DNA of 64,000 bases from Macrostomum lignano (taxonomy: Eukaryota). The position numbers were made by a program, and so were the translations under genes. Numbering within the stretch: the stretch's first letter is position 1; every line of letters begins with the position of its first letter. The notes under the pieces are model-generated. The model did no database searches. It was not told the DNA's origin and saw only the letters and a program-made list of their open reading frames with translations. This document shows positions 50,001 to 60,224 of the stretch, piece by piece. The stretch is from NCBI GenBank assembly GCA_002269645.1, contig NIVC01003765.1:13782-77781 (forward strand). The letters are read 5' to 3'.

Positions 50001-51861
50001 CAGAACAGACCAACAGACAGCCACAGCACCATTAAAGGACAATACAGAACAGACCAACAGACAGCCACAGCACCATTAAAGGACAATACAGAACAGACCA
50101 ACAGACAGCCACAGCACCATTAAAGGACAATACAGAACAGACCAACAGACAGCCACAGCACCATTAAAGGACAATACAGAACAGACCAACAGACAGCCAC
50201 AGCACCATTAAAGGACAATACAGAACAGACCAACAGACAGCCACAGCACCATTAAAGGACAATACAGAACAGACCAACAGACAGCCACAGCACCATTAAA
50301 GGACAATACAGAACAGACCAACAGACAGCCACAGCACCATTAAAGGACAATACAGAACAGACCAACAGACAGCCACAGCACCATTAAAGGACAATACAGA
50401 ACAGACCAACAGACAGCCACAGCACCATTAAAGGACAATACAGAACAGACCAACAGACAGCCACAGCACCATTAAAGGACAATACAGAACAGACCAACAG
50501 ACAGCCACAGCACCATTAAAGGACAATACAGAACAGACCAACAGACAGCCACAGCACCATTAAAGGACAATACAGAACAGACCAACAGACAGCCACAGCA
50601 CCATTAAAGGACAATACAGAACAGACCAACAGACAGCCACAGCACCATTAAAGGACAATACAGAACAGACCAACAGACAGCCACAGCACCATTAAAGGAC
50701 AATACAGAACAGACCAACAGACAGCCACAGCACCATTAAAGGACAATACAGAACAGACCAACAGACAGCCACAGCACCATTAAAGGACAATACAGAACAG
50801 ACCAACAGACAGCCACAGCACCATTAAAGGACAATACAGAACAGACCAACAGACAGCCACAGCACCATTAAAGGACAATACAGAACAGACCAACAGACAG
50901 CCACAGCACCATTAAAGGACAATACAGAACAGACCAACAGACAGCCACAGCACCATTAAAGGACAATACAGAACAGACCAACAGACAGCCACAGCACCAT
51001 TAAAGGACAATACAGAACAGACCAACAGACAGCCACAGCACCATTAAAGGACAATACAGAACAGACCAACAGACAGCCACAGCACCATTAAAGGACAATA
51101 CAGAACAGACCAACAGACAGCCACAGCACCATTAAAGGACAATACAGAACAGACCAACAGACAGCCACAGCACCATTAAAGGACAATACAGAACAGACCA
51201 ACAGACAGCCACAGCACCATTAAAGGACAATACAGAACAGACCAACAGACAGCCACAGCACCATTAAAGGACAATACAGAACAGACCAACAGACAGCCAC
51301 AGCACCATTAAAGGACAATACAGAACAGACCAACAGACAGCCACAGCACCATTAAAGGACAATACAGAACAGACCAACAGACAGCCACAGCACCATTAAA
51401 GGACAATACAGAACAGACCAACAGACAGCCACAGCACCATTAAAGGACAATACAGACAGACCAACAGACAGCCACAGCACCATTAAAGGACAATACAGAC
51501 AGACCAACAGACAGCCACAGCACCATTAAAGGACAATACAGACAGACCAACAGACAGCCACAGCACCATTAAAGGACAATACAGACAGACCAACAGACAG
51601 CCACAGCACCATTAAAGGACAATACAGACAGACCAACAGACAGCCACAGCACCATTAAAGGACAATACAGACAGACCAACAGACAGCCACAGCACCATTA
51701 AAGGACAATACAGGACAGACCAACAGACAGCCACAGCACCATTAAAGGACAATACAGGACAGACCAACAGACAGCCACAGCACCATTAAAGGACAATACA
51801 GGACAGACCAGACAGCCACAACACCATTAATGTACAATACAGGACAGACAGACCACAGCAC
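38071..51861. repeat. Satellite array, 44-bp unit (acagaacagaccaacagacagccacagcaccattaaaggacaat), ~313 copies, 13.8 kb
   Basis: The printed 60-nt lines repeat every 660 bp (15 units); only a few variants seen (A>T at 39799, 39843, 39887, 39975, 40107; 43-bp units ~51455-51710; A>G units near the end). Confidence 0.99.
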
Positions 51862-53104
51862 AAATGAGCAATCCCTGAATGTTAGTATCTCAGGTTAAGC
51901 ATTATCAAAAAGCACAATCTAGGAACGTGCCCGAAGTGTCTACCAGGTTGTACTATTCTCTCTGGTTCTGACGACTGACGAACTCTTTCATTAGACCAAT
52001 GCATAGGACTAGAAGTTTTTAGTTAAAAAACCAGCAGTTGTTGACTAAGACAAATCATGTCAGGATTATGGGTGTTCGGGATAGCCATTTCTCGGGGGTT
52101 TCAGGGTCAACCCCGATCCCGAACATCTTTCGGGAACCCCGAAAACCCCACCGGTAATTTACACGAATTTACTTAACTAGGCAGGGGATCAGCACCAAGT
52201 GTAATAAATGCTTTTGTGCATACATCTGTTAGTTCTGGTTTAGCCAAGTAAACTAGTAGCTTATGTTCAGGCAGCAAATGAAGGATGAGTTTCAGCCTTC
52301 TTAAGTTACATTTCTCCATTCAGTCTGGTTCTCTGACCAGCTCCTAAATTTCGAATTTCGCTTAATTCCTTTGAATGCAAAAAAATCAACATTACGTGTG
52401 CTGGCCTACTACAATAGCCAAGAAAGAAAATTGCTTTGACGACAATACTTACGACTTTTGGCTTACTTCAGTTCAGTGTAAAATTAATGTCGAATGTATT
52501 TAGGAAAAATAAATGTTTTGATTGTTTTCCAATATTAAATTTTTGTCAATAAAGCGTTAAAAAACTTAAAATCCGATGAACTGCTGTTAGCTAGGCTAAG
52601 AGGTAAAAAACAAAAATTGGCAGCAGTCGCCTGAGCGGAACCAGGCGTGCATACAGAGTTTAAAACAGAAAACTACAAATTTCCATGGATTTTTTGTAAT
52701 TCTATTGGAATTTAGAAACATTTTTAAACCATGAAAACCCTTTCAACTGTTCTGGAATAGCAGCGTGCAACAAGAGACGAAGCGTGCTAAAAAAGCGATC
52801 CACGGATGTGACAAGAACGTCAGTCAAGGTTGTAATATTCTTTCTGGTATCAAATTTTCTTTTTCTTATAATAGCATATTTCCATTTTCATTTCACTGAT
52901 GCATTGTAGTCGTTGTTGAAAAAAACTTGACGGACTCGATTCAAGGCACTCCGTAGTACTGGATAAATTGTGTCAAGGTAATTATATCAGGTAGATTTGT
53001 AAGCAAACTTGGTAATTGTTCCGATTATTGAACTTATGAGAGGGTAACAATAGCGTTGATACATTGGATACAGTATTAACGAACTTTTAAATAACAATTA
53101 AATC

Positions 53105-53245
53105 AGCCTTTACTATTCTACTAACTCTAATGAGTCTACGGTTTATAGTGAGTCTACGGTTTCTACTGAGTCTACAAAGTCTACTGAGTATACTGAGTCT
53201 ACGGTTTCTACTGAGTCTACTACCGGTAAGTCTACTGAGCATACT
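53105..53245. repeat. Short 9/18-bp repeat (tgagtctac...) downstream of paralog 5
   Basis: Direct inspection. Confidence 0.8.
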
Positions 53246-53358
53246 ATTCTCAGCAGAAAAAAGACAGCCACACAGAACCCAAGTCTCTGAAAAAGTTTGG
53301 AGCCTGAACTATTTTGGGTAAATAAGAACCACAAAAATTCACCTTATTCTGCCGATGA

Positions 53359-55020
53359 TCACTGGATTGAACATCCACCGCCTCGTGGCGCTGCTGCCGC
53401 CTCGTGGCGGATACTCTCACACCTCATTCTTTCACGCTCTTCCAGCCTCGCATTTTCGATCTTAAGGTTTATAAGCTCAATCTGTGCAGCGGAACTTTGA
53501 GCACTCATGGTTTGCATCTGACTTATCTGCCTCCTTAGCTCGTTATTCTTCTCCTCCATCTTTATTCGAGCAACGTCTTGTTTGAGCGCTTCTTCCTGCA
53601 GCTTCCTCTCCATCTCCTCTTTGGAAATGCTCTCCGACTTGATCTGCTCGATTGTTGTCTTGAATGTGGCTTCCATCTCCTGCATCTGCTTCTGCCGGTC
53701 TTGAGTCTGCTGCTTTAGGCCCTCCATCTCGCCCTTCAGCAAGTCCGACTTCTTCTCGGCCGTTAGCTTCTCCGATCTGAGCTGCCTGTTCAGGACAGCC
53801 TTGTCTTTCAGCTCGGTTAGGTCATCTTGGAGCTTCTTTTTCGCTTTCCGGACTTCAGACGAGTCGCTCTCCATGCACTTGGAGTTGAAAGCATCCAGCG
53901 CCTCCTTTGAAGCTTCATCAACTGCCGCTTGAAACTCTTCGTCACTCTTCGCTGGATCCAAAAAGCTCTTGACTTTGTCTTCGAACAGTCTTTTTGAGTT
54001 TGAAGCAGCGGTCATGTTGACCATCTCGACAGTGGCGGAGAAAACACTCGACGGAGTTGGCATCCTGCCGCTGCTGAAAGCCTCAAAGTAAACCTCCATG
54101 AAGTCGATGAGCTCGCTGCCAGAGAGCTCATTGCCGTTGACTTTCTTAACTGTGATGTTCTCTGGAGCGGCGATCTTCTCAACAAAGCTCTCGATTTCTT
54201 CAACAAACTCCGTCTCTAGTCTCTGGACATCGCCCGTGAATTTAGAGTCTCTCACTGCTTTGCCTGGATGAGGCAGCAGATAGCAGGAAGCCTTCTCGAA
54301 GTGCTTCTTGATTCCCTCTCGTAGCTCTTTGTTTTCTTGTGGCCTGTCAGCACTACAGTCGAGAACGGTTGACAAGTACTCGCTTCCACCTTCTTCTCCA
54401 TACTGATGCTCATCTGGGAATTGCCAGTCTCTGATCAGAAACCACAGATGCTGCAGAGCCTTTCCCTCTGAGCTCTTTGCCAAAGCCGCGAACTCAACGA
54501 ACAGGCGCAGATTCTGCAGATCCGCCTCGGAGATGTTCTGCGAAAGGTTGAAGATCTGCACGGAGCTCAGCAGCGTGCTGAACGCAAAGATGGTCGTGCA
54601 GTCCTGCTGAGTCGTCTGGTGATCGAACGTGCCCTGAGTGTCCATCAGCAGCACGGCCACCTCTTGTCCGTCGGGCTTGCGGATGAAGAACGGCTGCGAC
54701 CAGAGAAGAATTCCAGTCGTATCTCGCTTGGATCCGGACTTCCAGTGGAATCCGCTTCTATGATGGTCATCCGAGTTAATCCAGTCTTCTGTGTTTCCAC
54801 TTACCAGGGCGGTCAGGTAGCGCAGAAAGAAGTTGAGCAAGAAGGACTTGCCTTTTCGGAAGGCTCCGGCCACGCAGATGATGGCGATCTTCGCTTTCAA
54901 CATTCGGTCAAGGTCTTTGACCTGTGCTGAGATCTTAGGATTCAAACTAAATCCGGTATTTTTCTCATCAGGAATGATGAGTTGTATTGCGGTAGCAGTG
55001 GTTTCAGTTGGGCTCGCCAT
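53359..55020 (-). CDS. Atlastin-family GTPase, soluble coiled-coil form with CaaX (paralog 5, 553 aa)
   Basis: GAFRKGKS, SKRDTTG, DTQG, IRDW; no TM; ends PRGGGCSIQ*; first ATG at 55020. Confidence 0.92.
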   Translation of the reverse strand: MASPTETTATAIQLIIPDEKNTGFSLNPKISAQVKDLDRMLKAKIAIICVAGAFRKGKSFLLNFFLRYLTALVSGNTEDWINSDDHHRSGFHWKSGSKRDTTGILLWSQPFFIRKPDGQEVAVLLMDTQGTFDHQTTQQDCTTIFAFSTLLSSVQIFNLSQNISEADLQNLRLFVEFAALAKSSEGKALQHLWFLIRDWQFPDEHQYGEEGGSEYLSTVLDCSADRPQENKELREGIKKHFEKASCYLLPHPGKAVRDSKFTGDVQRLETEFVEEIESFVEKIAAPENITVKKVNGNELSGSELIDFMEVYFEAFSSGRMPTPSSVFSATVEMVNMTAASNSKRLFEDKVKSFLDPAKSDEEFQAAVDEASKEALDAFNSKCMESDSSEVRKAKKKLQDDLTELKDKAVLNRQLRSEKLTAEKKSDLLKGEMEGLKQQTQDRQKQMQEMEATFKTTIEQIKSESISKEEMERKLQEEALKQDVARIKMEEKNNELRRQISQMQTMSAQSSAAQIELINLKIENARLEERERMRCESIRHEAAAAPRGGGCSIQ

Positions 55021-55279
55021 CGCAAATATTAAAAAGCTTTTCTTCAAACAACTTTAGCTCAGGCGTGACTCTTGGTACACTGGACTAACAACTTGTTTCC
55101 GTCACAGGCTACTTTATACCTTGAAGAGTTTCTGCTAATAGATTTGGTCTGGCTGCAACTTTAAACTCAAGTGTTCGAGCGCACTGCGTTCCTTGTTTTA
55201 TAGCTCTTAGTGAACTTCTGAAAAGCGAAGTTTCCTTTTTCTACTGTACTGTTTACGAAGTAGAATCGAAGTTTCCTTA

Positions 55280-55765
55280 CCGCAAGTACACTGGTTAAAA
55301 GGGAAGTTCCCTCTCCGCAAGTACACTGATTAAAAGGGAAGTTCTCTCTCCGCAAGTACACTGGATAAAAAGGAAGTTCCATCTCCGCAAGTACACTGGT
55401 TAAAAGGGAAGTTCTCTCTCCGCAAGTACACTGGTTAAAAAGGAAGTTCCATCTCCGCAAGTACACTGGTTAAAAGGGAAGTTCTCTCTCCGCAAGTACA
55501 CTGGTTAAAAGGGAAGTTCCTCTCCGCAAGTACACTGGTTAAAAGTGAGGTTCCCTCTCCGCAAGTACACTGGTTAAAAGGGAAGTTCTCTCTCCGCAAG
55601 TACACTGGTTAAAAGTGAAGTTACATTTCTGCAAGTGCATTGGTTAAAAGTGAAGTTCTCTCTCCGCAAGTACACTGGTTAAAGGGAAGTTCCATCTCTA
55701 CAAGTCCACTGATCAGAAGTGAAGCTCGATCTCTGCAAGTGCACTGGTTAAAAGTGAAGTTCCTT
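55280..55765. repeat. 35-bp minisatellite upstream of paralog 5 (ccgcaagtacactggttaaaagggaagttctctct)n
   Basis: Period 35 (55281, 55316 ...), about 14 copies. Confidence 0.9.
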
Positions 55766-56893
55766 TTCTGCAACTCAGATATCATATGAAATAGACGTCG
55801 TATCACGTGACCCTGCTTACTAAAGTTTTGGACGAAAGGAAATTTAAATTGATCCCCTTCCTCACCCTAACAATTTTGATAGATATGTGCTAAGATTTAC
55901 TCAGCTGCCGGGGCTCCGGGAATCCGGATACAGCGATGTGGCGTTGACGCCCATTCCGCTAACCCCTGGCAACAGCGGGCGGCTAGTGCTGCGGTGTTGT
56001 GCAGGTAGATCCGGTTGCGCCAGTGTTCATAGGTCACTGAAAGGCAAATGGGGGCTAAGGCAAGAGACTGCTGGGCCGTAACCCCAAACCCAACAGCAAG
56101 CCAAAAGATAGCGACCAGGAGTGGCTTAAGCTCTTACTGGAACGACCGCTAGCAACTGAGAAACTCTTCGGCTAAGATCCTGGATTGGAATAACCAGAGG
56201 CCAAACCAAAGGTCCATCAGCATGGTACTACACTGGGCCCTTGAGAGAGACAGAGAGGCTGTCTCCGGGGCCTGCAGACAAGCCGCGCACCCAAATTCAG
56301 AGGCTGAGACATGGAACAGAGGAATTTGCCAAAAACGCCTCCCTGCATGCATGCACCAAAGCCCAGCACCGCCAGCAACAGATATTACCGTAAAATTCCA
56401 ACAACTGTTTTATAATTGGCGTTGTGAGAGCATTCAGTGCATTCATTATTTGCATTAATGAGAACCGAAGTTCCTTTTCTGCTAAAGTGCACTGTTTAGA
56501 AGCCAAGCAGTTCTTCTGCATCAAATCTTCTGCATCAGCCAGTTTTTTTCCCAAGGCTGGAATTCCTGACAATGTTTCGCTTCGCCGGAACCGAGAAAGT
56601 CCGGCAAACTGTTTTGTTGCACGGAAAGAAGAATGTACTCAAAAAAATTGAGAAGAAAACTTCTAAAACAAGAATGTAACACGAAGGCCTGACCACAACC
56701 CTCCTGCGACTAAACTTTTATTTAAGGCAAAATAAGAAACAGTTTCTCGTAATAGGCTTATATTTAGATAAGCGAAAGTCCTTGATTTTTGTCTCTGTAA
56801 GCATAAGGCTACAAGTTAATGTTTTAAAATAGTCAACTTACTAACGCACTAGTTAAAAATCGTAAGAACGTTTGTGCAGAATAACTCTCAGCC

Positions 56894-58699
56894 TCACTGC
56901 TGTTTGCATCTCTTGTCGAGCTTGCCGACTTCAGAATCTTCTGTTATTTGGTTTTCTTGAGCATCTGGTCTCTCTCTGTCTTGTGCGATCCCAGATGCCT
57001 GGGCTCGATGCCTTCCATCCGTTCTTTCGTAGTGCTCGTACTCAGCGATGTAGCCTTCTTTTATTTCCTCTGTGCTCAACTTCAAATCATCATGGTGTCT
57101 TCTCTCCTCTTCTGTCTTCCTTCTCGATGGCTCCAGTCTCGATTCCATGGTCCTACGTTGCTCCTCCACCATCGCTTCACTGGCTTGCTTTTGTAGCTCG
57201 GCAAGTTTCGATGTCAATTGCAGGTTTTCCTGCTCCATTTTCCACTGGTTGATCTGGTGCTGCATGCTCTCCTTCTGCAACTTTTTCTCGAATTCGTCTC
57301 TTGATGCCATACCCTGCGAAAGCTCTTTCATGCTCTGCTGGAACCTCTGCTCCATCTCAACCATTCGTCTCGCAACCTCCTCGTTGTCCTTGTGCAGACT
57401 CTCGATGTCATTGGCGAGCATCTGGTTTCTCTCCTCCTCGGCAATCTTTTCGGATCGCAGCTGGTTCATGAGTCGGTGATGTTGCGACTGCTGCTGAAGG
57501 TCTTCTTCAAGACCCGCCCGGCAGTCAGCCGTGGCTTCAGAGCTCTTCTGCATGCAGTTCTTGTCAAAGTAGGCCAGCGCTTCCAGAGTCGCTGCACCGA
57601 GTAGGCTCTCGAACTCTTCGTCAGTGACCGCGGCTGCTGGATCGACTCGTGAGGCCACTTTCTGTTCGAACAGCTCTTTGGATGCCTTCGACACGGCCAG
57701 GTTCGTCAAGTCCACGGTGGCCGACAGGATGGTGCGCGATGACGGAAGCCTTCCGCTGCGAAAAGCTTCGTAATAGACTTCGGCGAAGGTTATCAGCTCG
57801 GAGCCCGTCAGCGCTCTCCCGTTGACGGCCTTGGAAGCGAGGCACTCAGGTGACAATATTCTAGCGGAAAGTTTATCGATCTCCGCCAAAAACTCCGGGC
57901 TGATTTTGTCCAGCTCTCCGTGAAAATCCTTTCTGGTAACAGCGAATCCGGGGTGCGGCAGAAGGCAACAAGACGTGTTTTCAAAAAACTTTCGGATGCC
58001 CTGCCGAAGCTCCAAGTTTTCCATTGGCTTTTTCGGATCGCACTCCAGGACCTTGTCAAGGTACTGGCGTCCGCCTTCTACACCGAACTCGTACTCATCA
58101 GGGTACTGCCAGTCTCTGATGAGGAACCACAGATGCTGGAGCACAGAGTCCTGCGAGTCCGAAGCGATCGATGCGAACTCGACAAATAGTCGGAGGTGCT
58201 GCAGATCTGTCTCCTGGATGTTCTGCGAGATGTTGAAGATCTGAACTGAGCTCAGCAGCGTGCTGAAGGCAAAGATTGATGTGCAGTCCTGCTGAGTGGA
58301 CTGGTGATCGAATGTGCCCTGAGTGTCCATCAGTAGCACGGCCACCTCTTGTCCGTCGGGCTTGCGGATGAAGAACGGCTCGGACCAGATGAGGATCCCG
58401 GTGGTGTCTCTCTCGCTCCCGGATCTCCAGTGGAATCCGTCTGAGAGCCTCTCGTCGGACCAAAGCCACTGCGAAGCATCGCCGCAACTCGCGGCCTTCA
58501 AGAAGCGAAGAAAAAAGTTGAGCAGGAATGACTTGCCCTTGCGAAAGGCTCCGGCAACGCTGATCACAGCAACCTTGCTCTTCTGGAGCCGGTCAGCGGA
58601 CTGCATCTCCGCCCAGATATTTGGGTTCAGTCGAAACCTCTCTGCCCCGGATTCGGACTCGACCAGAGTTGTGAGTTGCACTGGATGTGGGACCTCCAT
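56894..58699 (-). CDS. Atlastin-family GTPase, coiled-coil form ending CKQQ (paralog 6, 601 aa)
   Basis: GAFRKGKS, SERDTTG, DTQG, IRDW; no TM; ends KRCKQQ*. The last ~45 aa lose coiled-coil character, so a late frameshift cannot be excluded. Confidence 0.88.
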   Translation of the reverse strand: MEVPHPVQLTTLVESESGAERFRLNPNIWAEMQSADRLQKSKVAVISVAGAFRKGKSFLLNFFLRFLKAASCGDASQWLWSDERLSDGFHWRSGSERDTTGILIWSEPFFIRKPDGQEVAVLLMDTQGTFDHQSTQQDCTSIFAFSTLLSSVQIFNISQNIQETDLQHLRLFVEFASIASDSQDSVLQHLWFLIRDWQYPDEYEFGVEGGRQYLDKVLECDPKKPMENLELRQGIRKFFENTSCCLLPHPGFAVTRKDFHGELDKISPEFLAEIDKLSARILSPECLASKAVNGRALTGSELITFAEVYYEAFRSGRLPSSRTILSATVDLTNLAVSKASKELFEQKVASRVDPAAAVTDEEFESLLGAATLEALAYFDKNCMQKSSEATADCRAGLEEDLQQQSQHHRLMNQLRSEKIAEEERNQMLANDIESLHKDNEEVARRMVEMEQRFQQSMKELSQGMASRDEFEKKLQKESMQHQINQWKMEQENLQLTSKLAELQKQASEAMVEEQRRTMESRLEPSRRKTEEERRHHDDLKLSTEEIKEGYIAEYEHYERTDGRHRAQASGIAQDRERPDAQENQITEDSEVGKLDKRCKQQ

Positions 58700-59622
58700 T
58701 AGGCTTCGATCTGGCTGTCTGGAAGCATAGAAATTGTCAAGAAAATCAATCAGCTACAGGAGGTATATTGAAATGGAATGTGCCACCACCCACTTACTTG
58801 ATTTTGCTGGTTCTGCTGACGAACTTTCCTGTACTAGCAATTGCACTGGGAGCAGCTTTCATGGGGTGTTAAAATACCTAAATAGAAGCAATGGGGGGGG
58901 CAGCAGTGTGCAGTGCTTAAGTACAGTTTCTTAGCCAATCGCATGATTCGCCCTAATTTTATGCGCAGTGAGAGAACTGAAGTTCCCTTTTCTGCCTCGA
59001 AATAAAGCGTTCACAAGTGACTACTTAGTCGGGTAGAAGTATCGAAAACATGTAAGTCCAAGCTATCTTGTTTGCTTTTTTGGATCCTATTCTCTAAGCC
59101 AGAGATTTTGTTGATATGACAGCCGTAAAATCGAGAAATTTACGACACAAAAACCGACCGAAGATTGTTGGCTTGTGTTCAAATGACAAACTTCGATTTT
59201 GCGGAAGAATCTGCAAATAACAATTTTCTGAATGTTCGCCTAAAGTAAAATTTGCTCAAATTTTTATCATGGAGAATGCACTAGCCCCTCTATTGTAGTT
59301 AAAATATTTTAATGTTAAAAAAATTTACGAGCATAATAACAACTTCAGAAGCGAACTGTTTGAAGCTTCTATTTCTGACTCTTACAGGTCCTTTACGGCG
59401 GTTTTCAAAACACCGAGCCTCACTCCCGTGAAAATGCGAATAGTTACTATGTGTCCTTAAGCACCAAAGTAGAACTTTGCAATGTGTTTAAAATAAAATT
59501 CAATATTACTCGTAGATTTGCTTACTTTCAGTAGAGTTGTCAACATCTTGGCATTATTTTGTTTTCTTTTACTTACATTCACTCGGCTTTTTGATATAAT
59601 TGCAAACTGACGGTGCAAAACT

Positions 59623-59900
59623 GTGACCAATGAAGTCAGAGCTGATGCAGGCTCATGTGGCCGACGTACTGATGAAACTGGAAGGCTTGGCAAGGCTGCA
59701 CTGTGACGCAGTGCTGATTGGTGCACAGGAGTGCATTGAATACACTGGCGCTTATGAGAAAAAGCTACCTTCTAGAAAAACTGTTGAATATCTCGAAGGT
59801 CCGGAGGGCTGGTGACTTGATTTTTGTTTGAGAAGGTGCGCAAGAAAGTTAGCCCCGTGTTCATAAATTTTCCGTTCCACCCCATTTGGTAGTTCTACTG
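59623..59900. mobile_element. Diverged right-end fragment of the TTAA-flanked element family
   Basis: Homologous to 34257-34587; ends ggtagttctactg followed by TTAA (59901-59904). Confidence 0.75.
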
Positions 59901-60224
59901 TTAAGAACCCGTTACAGAACTTTGAGCAATAATTTCAAAAGTCAACTTACTTGAGCAATTAGAGAAGTTTACATCAAGCTGAAATTCTTTGGAGCTAAAA
60001 GAAGCATAAATCAATAAATATCACTGCAACCAAGCTTCAGTAAATCTGTGCTTACGTTACTTTCTCGTATTTTAATTGGTTTAATCTTCCGAAAAATTGC
60101 TACAAATTAAAACACTAATAATAGAATTTAGTCATGAGTAGTTTTGCTAGAATGATTGATGCTAATTCAGAGCAACATGCTGCATTGAACTGAGGCATCC
60201 AAATTAGAGATGAACAATTCAAGC

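Noticed and set aside
38071-51861. CRISPR array or repeat-encoded protein
   Set aside because: Units are head-to-tail with no unique spacers, the context is eukaryotic, and 44 is not a multiple of 3, so no long ORF results.
56830-57050. Alternative reading frame for the paralog 6 tail (…ERMEGIE…MLKKTK*QKILK…FLRFLTSALVS)
   Set aside because: It contains a stop and needs an unsupported frameshift; noted only as a caveat on the CKQQ ending.
18958-58730. Recurrent antisense ORF MSISSTATSCPSGLRMKNGSDQ… in several paralogs
   Set aside because: Simply the opposite strand of the homogenised GTPase core.
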